Virus record (IMG/VR): IMGVR_UViG_3300025018_000173
Coordinates: 1 to 58,383 of that record
Reading direction: 5' to 3' (one strand)
DNA from: a virus
Taxonomy: Duplodnaviria; Caudoviricetes
Length of the DNA stretch: 58,383 nucleotides
Under the pieces are notes generated by a model that was not told the origin of the DNA, made no database searches, and was given only the letters and a program-made list of their open reading frames with translations. A program made the translations under genes and the position numbers. Position 1 is the stretch's first letter. Each line of letters opens with the position of its first letter. Positions 1 through 8,746 of the stretch are shown piece after piece.

Positions 1-1
1 A

Positions 2-2122
2 CGCGATGCCCCGCGCAGGGAAGGTGCTGCCCAGCGGGTCCGCTGACGCGGCCTCCCAGCGTCCTGCGACCGCGTTATACTGGACCGCTGCGTACTCGGC
101 GAGCGCAGGGTCCACCGGCTGCGCGGTCCACACGACCTCCTGTGCATCCCAGTCGTTCGCCCACTCGGAAGCAGCTTCGTCGTATATCAGGCGCTGTCGC
201 GTGCGCAGGTCTTGCAGGTTGACGTCGGCCAGACCTTCCATAGCCGAGACCGCCCGCACCCGCGTCCAGCCCTGATAGCCCGGCGCAGTCGGGTCGCCCA
301 CGAACGCGCCGGGGTCGATCACCGCACCGGTGTCGTTGCGGTAGTAGGCCACAAAGCCGCTGCGCTCGTAGTCCGCCATGAACACGCCTTCGCCGGGGCG
401 ATAGCCCCAAGCAGGGTTGTGCCCGCGCGTGGCGAGGTCCGTGATCTGCTTCCACTCGGCTGCGACGAACGTCCCGGGCGTGCTGCGCGACACGCGGCAC
501 TCCCAGATCTGGCTTGCCGCGGTCTGGTTCGGGTCGTCGCCGGGCGCGGCTGGCACGTAGACCTGATCGCCGAGGGCATAGCCGTCGGGCCGGGTCGGGT
601 CGTAGGGCCGAACGCGCAGCATGACCTCGTTGTTCAGCGGGCGCGAGATCGGCGTCCAGCCGTCGGCCGGGTCGAACGTCGGCGCAGGAAAGATGGACGC
701 GCCGCTCGTGTTCTGCCAGATCGCGTACCACGTTCCGGCTTCGCGCGCCGGGAACGAGGTGTCGTCGTAGTAGCACAGTTCGCCCGGTTCCCACGTGATG
801 CCGGGATCCCAGAACGGGATGCTGACGCGGGTTTCACCGACCGGGATGGCGATGATGCCCCAGAAGCGATAGTCCGGCAGCGGCGGCGCCGCGAAGCGCA
901 CGAGCGACGCATCCGGGTTGCCGGGGTCGATGATGATGTCATAGTCGGTGTAGGCTTCCTGCCGCGTGGCGTCGAGGAACACGCTCAGGCTGGCGGCGTC
1001 GGTCGCGAAGACCGGGTTGCTGTCCACCGTGATCGGGAAGTCCGTGCGCACCCCGTCGAACAGGGTCTCGAGGTTGTCCAGCTTCGCCGCGGTTCCGGGG
1101 ATCACCACCTCGGTCGATTGCTGCGGGGTCCACACCTCGAGGATGTCGCCCGCCGTCGCTGCCGCCGCGAGCGTCAGCGTCGTGCCGTCTGTCGCGGTGA
1201 AGTCCGTGTTGCTGATCAGGTTCGTGCCGTTCAGGAACACATCGGTCTGGTCGCTGCCGCCGGTGTTCGGCTCGTAGGCCAGATCGTTGCCACGCAGGTC
1301 CACCCCGGTGAACTCCGTCTGCCCATCCGCGGCCGAGAAGTAGAACTTGTTGTAGCCGACCACCTTGCGCACCGGCTGGTAGGGCGCAGGCTTCCACGGC
1401 AGCGCGACCCCGACGAAGTTCTCGAGATCGTCCACCGTAGCGTGAAACTTCGTCGGCATGAGGATGGCTTGGATGCTGCCCGCCGGGTCCGACCACGCGA
1501 CATCGTTCTCCGACAGGCGCTCGACCCGCCCGCGCACGGACGACACGGCGTAGAGCCTGCCGACCTCCCACGCCGAGCCGTTCGGCAGGATGACGCGCGG
1601 GTCGAGGTTCGGAACTTCACCCGACGTCTGAAGGATCGCCCGGTCGGGGCTCAGGACGTCGCGCACGACCGCGATGGCGATTTCGTCGTTCCACCGGTTG
1701 TCAGCCTTGATCCAGCGCCCCGCCGCATAGCTGAAGGCCACCGGCGTGCCGACCCACTCGAACTGGTGGTCGATCTGGTAGATTTCCCAGATCGCACCGG
1801 TCACGTTCGACAGATCGGTCGCGCCGACCTCGGTCCACCGGCTCGGGTCAAGGTGCGGATCGACGGTCGAGGGCGCGCGGGGGAACCCTTCGATCTGGAT
1901 GTAGAGCGACTGGATGCCCTGCGCCGCCGAAGACCGCCACGTGACCGCGTCCAGCGAGCAGTATTCCTGACCGGGCTGCCACGTGCCCCGGATGTTGATG
2001 GCTTCGCCTGCCGGGCCCTCGGGCCCCGGCAGACCGGTCAGCCCGCGCGGCCCGCGGGCGCCGTCATGAACTACGACGAGCCGCTGGTTGTCCGGGCCGA
2101 TGGTGGCGGTGAATATGCTCAT
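2..2122 (-). CDS. Tail fibre / receptor-binding protein, truncated at the window edge
   Basis: Missing from the ORF track because it has no stop in the window. ATG at 2122-2120 overlaps the upstream TGA. It reads MSIFTATIGPDNQRLVVVHDGARGPRGLTGLPGPEGPAG (short collagen-like GXY run), followed by FYFSAADGQTEFTG / DVFLNGTNL beta modules typical of fibres. Confidence 0.7.
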   Translation of the reverse strand, partial: MSIFTATIGPDNQRLVVVHDGARGPRGLTGLPGPEGPAGEAINIRGTWQPGQEYCSLDAVTWRSSAAQGIQSLYIQIEGFPRAPSTVDPHLDPSRWTEVGATDLSNVTGAIWEIYQIDHQFEWVGTPVAFSYAAGRWIKADNRWNDEIAIAVVRDVLSPDRAILQTSGEVPNLDPRVILPNGSAWEVGRLYAVSSVRGRVERLSENDVAWSDPAGSIQAILMPTKFHATVDDLENFVGVALPWKPAPYQPVRKVVGYNKFYFSAADGQTEFTGVDLRGNDLAYEPNTGGSDQTDVFLNGTNLISNTDFTATDGTTLTLAAAATAGDILEVWTPQQSTEVVIPGTAAKLDNLETLFDGVRTDFPITVDSNPVFATDAASLSVFLDATRQEAYTDYDIIIDPGNPDASLVRFAAPPLPDYRFWGIIAIPVGETRVSIPFWDPGITWEPGELCYYDDTSFPAREAGTWYAIWQNTSGASIFPAPTFDPADGWTPISRPLNNEVMLRVRPYDPTRPDGYALGDQVYVPAAPGDDPNQTAASQIWECRVSRSTPGTFVAAEWKQITDLATRGHNPAWGYRPGEGVFMADYERSGFVAYYRNDTGAVIDPGAFVGDPTAPGYQGWTRVRAVSAMEGLADVNLQDLRTRQRLIYDEAASEWANDWDAQEVVWTAQPVDPALAEYAAVQYNAVAGRWEAASADPLGSTFPARGIA

Positions 2123-2502
2123 CAGTCGCTCACTTCCACGTCAGAGTTGAACAGGCGCGTGGGGCTGCCGCCGACCGGAGCGGTGGTGCCGATGAACACG
2201 ATCTCGCAGTACGCAACGACGTTCCACTGCGGGAACAACTGGGTCTGTGCAGCCGTCGCGGAGAAGTTCACTGTGATCGGAACCTCGTCCAGCAGCGGCA
2301 CCGGGTTGACCACCGGCGTGGCGGTCAGGGTCAGATAGACCGTCGCGTTGTCGTCTTGCGTTTCACGGAACACGAGCCTCGCCTCGTAGTCGCTGGGGGT
2401 CTCGGCAACCTCTACGAAGCTGCTCGACAGTCCGACGTCCATGGTGAACACGTCGCCGCGGATCAGGCAGAAATCGTAGCGATCTGTGCACGTGTTGGCC
2501 AT
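2122..2502 (-). CDS. Small virion protein upstream of the fibre (BppU-N-like beta domain possible)
   Basis: 126 aa, beta-rich, translationally coupled to the fibre gene. Confidence 0.5.
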   Translation of the reverse strand: MANTCTDRYDFCLIRGDVFTMDVGLSSSFVEVAETPSDYEARLVFRETQDDNATVYLTLTATPVVNPVPLLDEVPITVNFSATAAQTQLFPQWNVVAYCEIVFIGTTAPVGGSPTRLFNSDVEVSD

Positions 2503-2509
2503 GAACGTG

Positions 2510-3169
2510 TTACCCCGCCGTGTTTGCCGTATCGCGGCCGCGAGTACCGGTCTCGTCGCGCCGGCGGCGCTTGACCTGTAGGTTGGCCTCTTCGACTGCC
2601 TGCTGCATCTCGCCCTCGTAGCGCGCAGCGTCCTCGTAGTTCTTCATGAACAGCGTCGCCTGCTGCAAGACCGCTTTCTCGACCGCACGCGAAAACTGCT
2701 CGGTCAGCACACTGGTCTGCTGCGCCGGGCCGAGACGCGCGGGCCGGATGTTGGCCGTGACCTGCGCGTCGTAGTCCCGGCCCGGGCGCGGGAAGAACTC
2801 GTAGGTCAGGATGTCGTTGCTCTCGGCGTAGTAGCGCGGCCGGGCGGGTCGCGCCTGCGCGTACATCATGCGCATTGCCTCGATGCCGCGCCGCGCCAGC
2901 GGCGTGACGCCGGGCCCGGTGCGGTACAGCAGGTCGATGGCGCGCACCTCCATGACCTGCGGGTCTTCGGCGCGCAGGTCCAGCACCGGGCTGCCCGGCC
3001 CGATGGTCGTAGGCGACAGCGCCGCGCGAAACAGATCGTGGTCGAGGACAAGCATGAGCATGTCCTCGGCCTGCCCTATCAGCGCGGGCATCTCGTCGAT
3101 GAGCGTTCGGTTCTGCGCGTAGAGCCAGATCGGCACTCGGCGGACCAACTCGTCGTACGTGATGTTCAT
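2510..3169 (-). CDS. Head-tail adaptor / tail tubular protein
   Basis: 219 aa with RPRYYA...FFPRP and a C-terminal helical segment. Lies downstream of the capsid gene. Confidence 0.6.
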   Translation of the reverse strand: MNITYDELVRRVPIWLYAQNRTLIDEMPALIGQAEDMLMLVLDHDLFRAALSPTTIGPGSPVLDLRAEDPQVMEVRAIDLLYRTGPGVTPLARRGIEAMRMMYAQARPARPRYYAESNDILTYEFFPRPGRDYDAQVTANIRPARLGPAQQTSVLTEQFSRAVEKAVLQQATLFMKNYEDAARYEGEMQQAVEEANLQVKRRRRDETGTRGRDTANTAG

Positions 3170-3170
3170 G

Positions 3171-3518
3171 TCAGAACCCCAAGCGCGGTGCGCGCCCCTC
3201 TTGGATGGACAGCTTGATCTCGCGGTCGGAGATCTTGAGGTCCTGCGCCGACAGGTCCTGCGGGTCCTGCGGGCGCGCGTTGTCGATTGGGGACGGATCG
3301 TCCAGCGTCCCGAGGTTCTTCACGTCTTGCGGGTGGTAGGTGCCGAAACCGGGCGTGATGTCCGCGAACTCGCGGCTCGTAGGACCTTGGCGGCGATCTT
3401 CGACGTAGTCTTCGGCGTAACGCACCATGCCGCTGGCGCTGTCCGTGCGCCAGCCTTTGCCCTTCCGGGCCCGAACTTTCGACGGGCGGCAGGCGCCGCT
3501 GAGAACTCGACCGGTCAT
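3171..3518 (-). CDS. Hypothetical phage protein
   Basis: 115 aa, tightly packed between two adaptor-like genes. Confidence 0.55.
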   Translation of the reverse strand: MTGRVLSGACRPSKVRARKGKGWRTDSASGMVRYAEDYVEDRRQGPTSREFADITPGFGTYHPQDVKNLGTLDDPSPIDNARPQDPQDLSAQDLKISDREIKLSIQEGRAPRLGF

Positions 3519-4198
3519 CTGCGCTGTATCCTGAACCTGTAGCGGTGGCGCGACCGGTCGGCGTTCTGCGCGATGAGGTTGGCCTCGTCAGCTTCCGACT
3601 TGAGCCGCATGATCAGGTTTTCGTCGTAGGTTCCATCATCCCGCACGCGCTTGCGCGCGAGTTCCAGCGCCACGCCGCAGACAAGCGCCTCGAGCCACCG
3701 ACCGGGCGCGTCCACCTCGTTGCTGTACGTGTCGAAGGCTGCCGGGCGCGCGACGTACCAGACCTCGAGCGTCTCGACCACGTTCGGGCGACCGATCGGG
3801 AAGACGTAGAGTTCGGGCGCACCCTGCGTCCGGTTCAGGTAGTATTGCGCGGGCTGCCCCGCGACCATCTTGTTCGTAAGCTGCGCGTACTCCTGCGGCC
3901 CGATGCGGCGCATGATGCTCTCGCTGCCGACCGAGCCGATGGGCGCACGCGGGTTCTGTGCGTTCACCTGAAGTACGTCGTCCACCTCTTTGGGGAGGCG
4001 AACCACGGGCGTCTGCCCGATGCCCACGGTCGTGCTGGCGATGCGCCACGTGTTGTAGCGCAACGCCGCCCACCGCTCGAGGATGATGCGCAGCGCGCGC
4101 CGAACCTTCACGATGTCTTCGGCCGTTGCGGTCTCGCCGCCCGCGCGCTGCACCGCGTCGTCGCAGAGGTCGCTGAAGTCGAACCCGGTGGTCTCCAT
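3515..4198 (-). CDS. Head-tail adaptor protein
   Basis: 227 aa with MRRIGPQEYAQLTNK...GQPAQYYLNR...LYVFP and PGRWLEALVCGVALELA, a podophage adaptor pattern. Confidence 0.65.
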   Translation of the reverse strand: METTGFDFSDLCDDAVQRAGGETATAEDIVKVRRALRIILERWAALRYNTWRIASTTVGIGQTPVVRLPKEVDDVLQVNAQNPRAPIGSVGSESIMRRIGPQEYAQLTNKMVAGQPAQYYLNRTQGAPELYVFPIGRPNVVETLEVWYVARPAAFDTYSNEVDAPGRWLEALVCGVALELARKRVRDDGTYDENLIMRLKSEADEANLIAQNADRSRHRYRFRIQRR

Positions 4199-4207
4199 CG
4201 ACGCCCC

Positions 4208-4486
4208 CTATCGCGCGTTGGTTTCCTGCGTGATAGCTGCCTGTGTATATGCGTATGCAGGGCGAACCGAGTTTGAAGGCTGCACAAAGACCCCCGGCGC
4301 GGAAGGCTCGATGAAGATGCTTTCGCCTGACGATAGGGCCTTCGCGTCTCCAACGTCGTCCGTGCCGAGAGGCGGGGTGGCGGCGATAAGCACGTAAAAC
4401 CCCGCGCCGCGCGCAGACAGCCGCGTTCCGCCGGTTTCCTGCGCAACCGCGGTCCACTCACCGACTGGGCAAGTCGTAACTGGCAT
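4208..4486 (-). CDS. Hypothetical virion protein
   Basis: 92 aa ORF in the structural operon. Confidence 0.5.
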   Translation of the reverse strand: MPVTTCPVGEWTAVAQETGGTRLSARGAGFYVLIAATPPLGTDDVGDAKALSSGESIFIEPSAPGVFVQPSNSVRPAYAYTQAAITQETNAR

Positions 4487-4490
4487 GGCG

Positions 4491-4958
4491 TCAGTACCAC
4501 CCGTTCTCTGCGGGCGTCACGAGCAGCGACATGATCGCGGTCTCGGTGGCCGTGCCGCTGGTGATCGTGACCTCGAGCGGCCGGTCTTCCGACAGCGGCA
4601 CCCAGACCGGGGCGTCCAGTGCCACCTTGGCGGCGGCGTTCAGCGGCAGCGCCGCGGCGAGCGTGACCGCCCCCAACCCGTTGTAGGCGGGCAGGACCAG
4701 TGCAGCCGTGCCAGTGGACAGCGCCACGTGGTTGACGATCTCGTGGGCCCACACGCCGCGCGTGAGCGTGCCGAGCGGCTGCGCCGCCGTGATGCCGGCG
4801 TCGGCTTGCAGCAGGATCGACGCTTGGTACGTGGCGGACAGGCGACGGCCATAGCCCGCGGGCCCGGTCTCCAAGGGCATGCCGAGGTAGGTGACGTCGT
4901 ACGCTTGGTGCGTGTAGCGTTTGCGGGGATCGTCGCGGTTGACGGGAACTTGGGACAT
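4491..4958 (-). CDS. Hypothetical virion (decoration-like) protein
   Basis: 155 aa with an AGGAG RBS upstream on the minus strand. Confidence 0.55.
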   Translation of the reverse strand: MSQVPVNRDDPRKRYTHQAYDVTYLGMPLETGPAGYGRRLSATYQASILLQADAGITAAQPLGTLTRGVWAHEIVNHVALSTGTAALVLPAYNGLGAVTLAAALPLNAAAKVALDAPVWVPLSEDRPLEVTITSGTATETAIMSLLVTPAENGWY

Positions 4959-5040
4959 GAACGTCTCCTACGTGCGCTTGGGTGGGGCAAAACCCCGGTT
5001 CCGGCGGCTCATTCCGCCGTGGCCGTGCCTGCACATTACA

Positions 5041-5072
5041 CAAGAAGAAGGGCGCTGTCACCAGCGCCCTTC
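5041..5072 (-). terminator. Rho-independent terminator after the major capsid gene
   Basis: 11-bp stem GAAGGGCGCTG/CAGCGCCCTTC at 5047-5072, followed on the minus strand by TTCTTG. Confidence 0.6.
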
Positions 5073-5093
5073 ATGCCTTGGTCGGAACAAGTC

Positions 5094-6008
5094 TTACGGT
5101 GTGCCGGGCGCCCCGTAGATCGAGCGCGGGTCCATGCACGAAAAGGCGTACCGCTCGTAGGCGAGCACCTTCATGATCTGGTTGTCCATGCCGTCGCCCT
5201 CTTCGATGTCGAGAGGCGTCCGGTCCCAGTGCGTCATGCCCTCGGCGCAGTCCGTGACCAACCACCAAGCGCGCGGATCGCTCAGGTAGTTGTTGAGGCG
5301 ATACCCGTCGGGGATGATCCCCATGGTGTGCATCGCCGCGACGTCGTTGTCGCCCGTGCCGACGCGACCGGTTGTGGTCTTCATCAGGCGCTCTGCCGTG
5401 AACTGCAAACCGTTCGGCACCACGAGGCGCTGGGGCTTGCAGTTGATGCGCAGACCGCGCTCGTCCACGAAGTCGGCGATCTGGATGGTCGCAGCTTCGA
5501 GGGACGTTTCGTTCAGGTCCGCGTTGGCGCCAGCCCGGTTCGAGAACGTGTCACCGTTCTTGAGCGGGTGCGCCGCGTTGACGACCGACACGCCGTCGCC
5601 CGTCTCGGACGTGGTGAACGTGGCGTCGGTGAAGGCCGCGGCGCGGACTTCCTTCGTCTGGACCATCGAACGCTTCAGGGCGCGCGAGTAGCGGGGCACG
5701 AGGTCGAAATACTGATCGTCCTCGACCGCCTCACGGGTGATGACGAAACCCAGTGCGTAGGCTTCCATCGTAACCCGGCCCTTCCACACGTCCGACGCTT
5801 CGTCGAACGTGACGGGTGCACCGGCCTCCTTGCCGGGTGCGAGGCCGAAGCCGCTTTCCATGACGTACTCTTCGTACGCTTTGCGCGAACTGCGCGTCGT
5901 GAAGATGTACCCGTACTGGGGCTCGTAGTCCTTGTATTCGAGCCCGAAGAACTCGATGATGCCCGGCCATAGGTGTTCGGCCAGTGCTGCGCGATTGATA
6001 GCGGCCAT
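5094..6008 (-). CDS. Major capsid protein (HK97 fold)
   Basis: 304 aa: MAAINRAALAEHLWPGIIEFFGLEY...YALGFVITREAVEDDQY...ERYAFSCMDPRSIYG. Strong AGGGAGG RBS. Confidence 0.9.
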   Translation of the reverse strand: MAAINRAALAEHLWPGIIEFFGLEYKDYEPQYGYIFTTRSSRKAYEEYVMESGFGLAPGKEAGAPVTFDEASDVWKGRVTMEAYALGFVITREAVEDDQYFDLVPRYSRALKRSMVQTKEVRAAAFTDATFTTSETGDGVSVVNAAHPLKNGDTFSNRAGANADLNETSLEAATIQIADFVDERGLRINCKPQRLVVPNGLQFTAERLMKTTTGRVGTGDNDVAAMHTMGIIPDGYRLNNYLSDPRAWWLVTDCAEGMTHWDRTPLDIEEGDGMDNQIMKVLAYERYAFSCMDPRSIYGAPGTP

Positions 6009-6022
6009 GCGTCTGACCTCCC

Positions 6023-6601
6023 TTATGCGACGTCTGCGGCGGTCGCGCTCTGCGCGATCACGGAGACTTCAAAGATGGGCTCGACCGACCCGAACGTGTT
6101 GTTCGGAAGATCCACGAGCCGCAGGATCCGAACGGGCCCGGCCGCGTTGGCCGCACCCAGCGAAACCGCGCTCATCCCGGTGTTCGGGTCGCCCGCGGCA
6201 TAGGTCAGCAGATAGCGCGCGCCGATGCTGGCCTGCGTATACGTGGTGCCCGCCGCGCCGCGCACGTGGAACGTGCTGTGCGGCGGAAGCGAGACCGATG
6301 CGACGGGCTCGATCGGGCCGGCTGCGCCGGACCAATACTGCCCGAAAGCGATGTTGCGCGCGCCCATGACCGCCTTCGACGCCTTGTCGCGCCAGCCCTG
6401 AAAGACCCCGAGGATGGGGCCCGCAGCGATGGCGCCGGGCGTGTTGCCGGAGGCTTCTTCGACAAAGCCGGAACTCAGGACGACGACATCGCCGGTGAAG
6501 ATCGTGTTGGTGTTCGCGGGGTCGATCGGAAATTCAGCGAGATTGCCGGTATAACCGTCCATCCCCTGAGACCGACCGCTCCGCAGCCCGAAACCTGCCA
6601 T
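6023..6601 (-). CDS. Capsid decoration / minor capsid protein
   Basis: MAGFGLR...IFTGDVV...ILGVFQG, directly upstream of the capsid gene. Start set at ATG 6601. Confidence 0.65.
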   Translation of the reverse strand: MAGFGLRSGRSQGMDGYTGNLAEFPIDPANTNTIFTGDVVVLSSGFVEEASGNTPGAIAAGPILGVFQGWRDKASKAVMGARNIAFGQYWSGAAGPIEPVASVSLPPHSTFHVRGAAGTTYTQASIGARYLLTYAAGDPNTGMSAVSLGAANAAGPVRILRLVDLPNNTFGSVEPIFEVSVIAQSATAADVA

Positions 6602-7125
6602 TACCAAGTCTCCTTCTGCATGGCTTTCTGTGCGTTATGCCCGACGTCGCGAACGACCCCGGACCCTCGGTCTTCGTAGCTGGTCGGAAGTTCAACCCCT
6701 CCGCTAACCCCCTGAAGGCGGTTCGCAGCAGCCACGCTCTCCCGCCGCTGGCGCGCGTAGTGTGCTTCGCGCTGGCGGCAGAACTCTTCGGGGATCTTCG
6801 CGAGAACCAGCCCGCCGTGGCGTGCCAGCCCATCGCCCCGTTCGTCTTCATCGACGATCAGGCCGAGATCCTCTGCTTCGGACGTGCGGACAAAGACATA
6901 TCCCTCGCGCCGAGCCATGGTCATGTTGCGGTTGTCGCGCACGCCGTTCACTTCTTCGCGGATCCAGCGGTAGCGATAGCCGTCAATTTCGTCGGGGGTT
7001 TCGAGTTGGGCGACCGGGCTCCACCGGTCAACCGAGGGAGACAGCAGCTTGCTGGTCTCCTTTGCACGGGTGGTCTCTTTTTGCCGCGTGGGGGTGCCGC
7101 GGGCGATCTTGCCGTCTTCGGTCAC
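6601..7125 (-). CDS. Conserved head-module protein
   Basis: GYRYRWIR...REGYVFV...GGLVLAKIPEE motif typical of the gene between scaffold and decoration genes. GTG start at 7125. Confidence 0.65.
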   Translation of the reverse strand: MTEDGKIARGTPTRQKETTRAKETSKLLSPSVDRWSPVAQLETPDEIDGYRYRWIREEVNGVRDNRNMTMARREGYVFVRTSEAEDLGLIVDEDERGDGLARHGGLVLAKIPEEFCRQREAHYARQRRESVAAANRLQGVSGGVELPTSYEDRGSGVVRDVGHNAQKAMQKETW

Positions 7126-7943
7126 TGCATGACCCTCCCTCGTGCTGGATCGGCGGACAGGAAGCCTTTCTCGACGGCTTTCTGGCGGGCTTTGTCCCAC
7201 GCTTCCGGGCTCAGGCCGAAAGCGTCCATGGACCTCTGGATGTCGCGGTCGTAGCGCCGCGGGCTGTTGGTCTGCTGCCCGCCTTCGCCGCGAGCCGAGG
7301 CCGAAGCCGGGGCGCCGGAGAAGCGGTTCGGGAAGCGGGTGCGCATGGCAGCGTCGATGGCGTTGAAATACTCCTTCGACCCGACCGTGTATTGGCCGGC
7401 CTGCCGGATGCTGGCGTCGATCTCGTGGCTGACGCGGGTCATCTCGGGGTCCACGCCGTACCAGCTTGCGTGCCGGTTCTTCCAGTCCTGCAAGTTGGTC
7501 GTGTCCAGTTGCGGCTGGGCGGTTGCGCTCTCGCGCCGCTGGCCACCGTCGCGCCGCTCGCTCTGCTGGATCTGCTGCTTGAAGGCGTCGCGGTCTGCGC
7601 GCTTGCGCTCCGCGGCTGCCGCGCTGTCGGCCAGCGCGCGCTGGGCCTTGGCGATCGTGAGCGGGTCGCCGCTTTCCAGCGCCTCGGACAGCGCCGTCTC
7701 GGCCGAGTTGACCGCCGCCTCGGCTTCGGAGACGCTGCGCTCGACTTGTGCGGTGGCCTGCGCGATCTGGCTCTGCTGCGCGGCGCTCTGGCTCTGCTCG
7801 CGCATAGTGCGCAGGGTCTGGTCAAGCTGGTTGACCCGCGCTTCGAGCGCGCGCTCGCGCTCGCTCATCTGGGGCATCTCGCCCCCGCCGCCGCCGCCCT
7901 CGTTGGGCTGCTCACGAAGTAGTACGAACTTACTGCGCAGCAT
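7122..7943 (-). CDS. Capsid scaffolding protein
   Basis: Coiled-coil, Ala/Gln/Glu rich, with WK.RHASWYG.D.EMT and YFNAID motifs. Position in the head module fits. Confidence 0.65.
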   Translation of the reverse strand: MLRSKFVLLREQPNEGGGGGGEMPQMSERERALEARVNQLDQTLRTMREQSQSAAQQSQIAQATAQVERSVSEAEAAVNSAETALSEALESGDPLTIAKAQRALADSAAAAERKRADRDAFKQQIQQSERRDGGQRRESATAQPQLDTTNLQDWKNRHASWYGVDPEMTRVSHEIDASIRQAGQYTVGSKEYFNAIDAAMRTRFPNRFSGAPASASARGEGGQQTNSPRRYDRDIQRSMDAFGLSPEAWDKARQKAVEKGFLSADPARGRVMQ

Positions 7944-8418
7944 CGTGAGCCTCCTTCTCGATCTGCCAGCGGTCAACCACCGCTATGATGTCAGTGTCTA
8001 CAAGAAAAGCGAGTTCTTGTCCATTTGAGAGACGAAACGCCTTACCTGTGTATTTGCCGAACAGGACCCGGTCTCCGCGCGAGCACCACGCGCCGTTCGG
8101 GAAGCGCGCGTCTTGGGGGTTGTAGGCCACGTCGCCAGTGTCGATGATGATGCCCTGCGGCGAAGCCTTCGTCTTCTGCTCGCGGTACATATCCTCCATG
8201 ATCAGACCGCCTTCGGTCGTGTCGGGCAGTGCTACGATGAGCACCATGATGTTCCAGCCTGCCGGGCGGGGGACGTTCCCGGTGTAGGACATGAACTGCT
8301 CGATCTGAGCCTTGATCTGGTCGGGGGTGACGAAATCATCGGTGTCTGTGACGTGCACGGTTCTGGCCGGCGCGGGGGCGCCGATCTTACCGTAGGTTTT
8401 GGGTATGAGTAGAGACAT
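7930..8418 (-). CDS. Co-chaperonin GroES (Cpn10)-like protein
   Basis: PAGWNIMV...TTEGGLIM...QGIIIDTG...GDRVLFGKYTG...DTDIIAVV matches the GroES pattern. Confidence 0.85.
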   Translation of the reverse strand: MSLLIPKTYGKIGAPAPARTVHVTDTDDFVTPDQIKAQIEQFMSYTGNVPRPAGWNIMVLIVALPDTTEGGLIMEDMYREQKTKASPQGIIIDTGDVAYNPQDARFPNGAWCSRGDRVLFGKYTGKAFRLSNGQELAFLVDTDIIAVVDRWQIEKEAHDAAQ

Positions 8419-8454
8419 CAGTCCTCCAAGGGTTTAGACAGGGGTTGCTGTTTT

Positions 8455-8727
8455 TCAGTCGTATATCGCCACTACAGTGGCTGTGGTGGCTGGGCCCACG
8501 CGCTTGGCCTGTAGCGCCGGCAAAAAGCCAAGCACCACCCCGTCGTAGACGACGTACGTGTCTTGCCCCGGCGGCATTATGTCGAGCCTCGCGCCGCCCG
8601 CGATCGAAGTAACCTGCACGGCGCGCGCCACTTCCGGCAGGTCTGCGTCTGCGGGCGTAATAGCCTCGGCCCTGCGCCCGAACATGAGCGGGTTAGCGTA
8701 TCGCGCGTACTTATCAATATCAGCCAT
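8455..8727 (-). CDS. Head spike base protein, RcGTA Rcc01079-like
   Basis: 90 aa, RRAEAITPADADLPEVARAVQV...FLPALQAKRVGPATTATVVAIY. Resembles the AITPxD...LP.RA.RV..TGTTA..IVAL family pattern. Confidence 0.6.
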   Translation of the reverse strand: MADIDKYARYANPLMFGRRAEAITPADADLPEVARAVQVTSIAGGARLDIMPPGQDTYVVYDGVVLGFLPALQAKRVGPATTATVVAIYD

Positions 8728-8746
8728 GCTAGTGTTCCTCGGGGTT

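Noticed and set aside
212-2338. 708-aa plus-strand ORF
   Set aside because: Antisense shadow of the tail fibre gene. It is Arg/Val-rich with no motifs, as expected in high-GC DNA.
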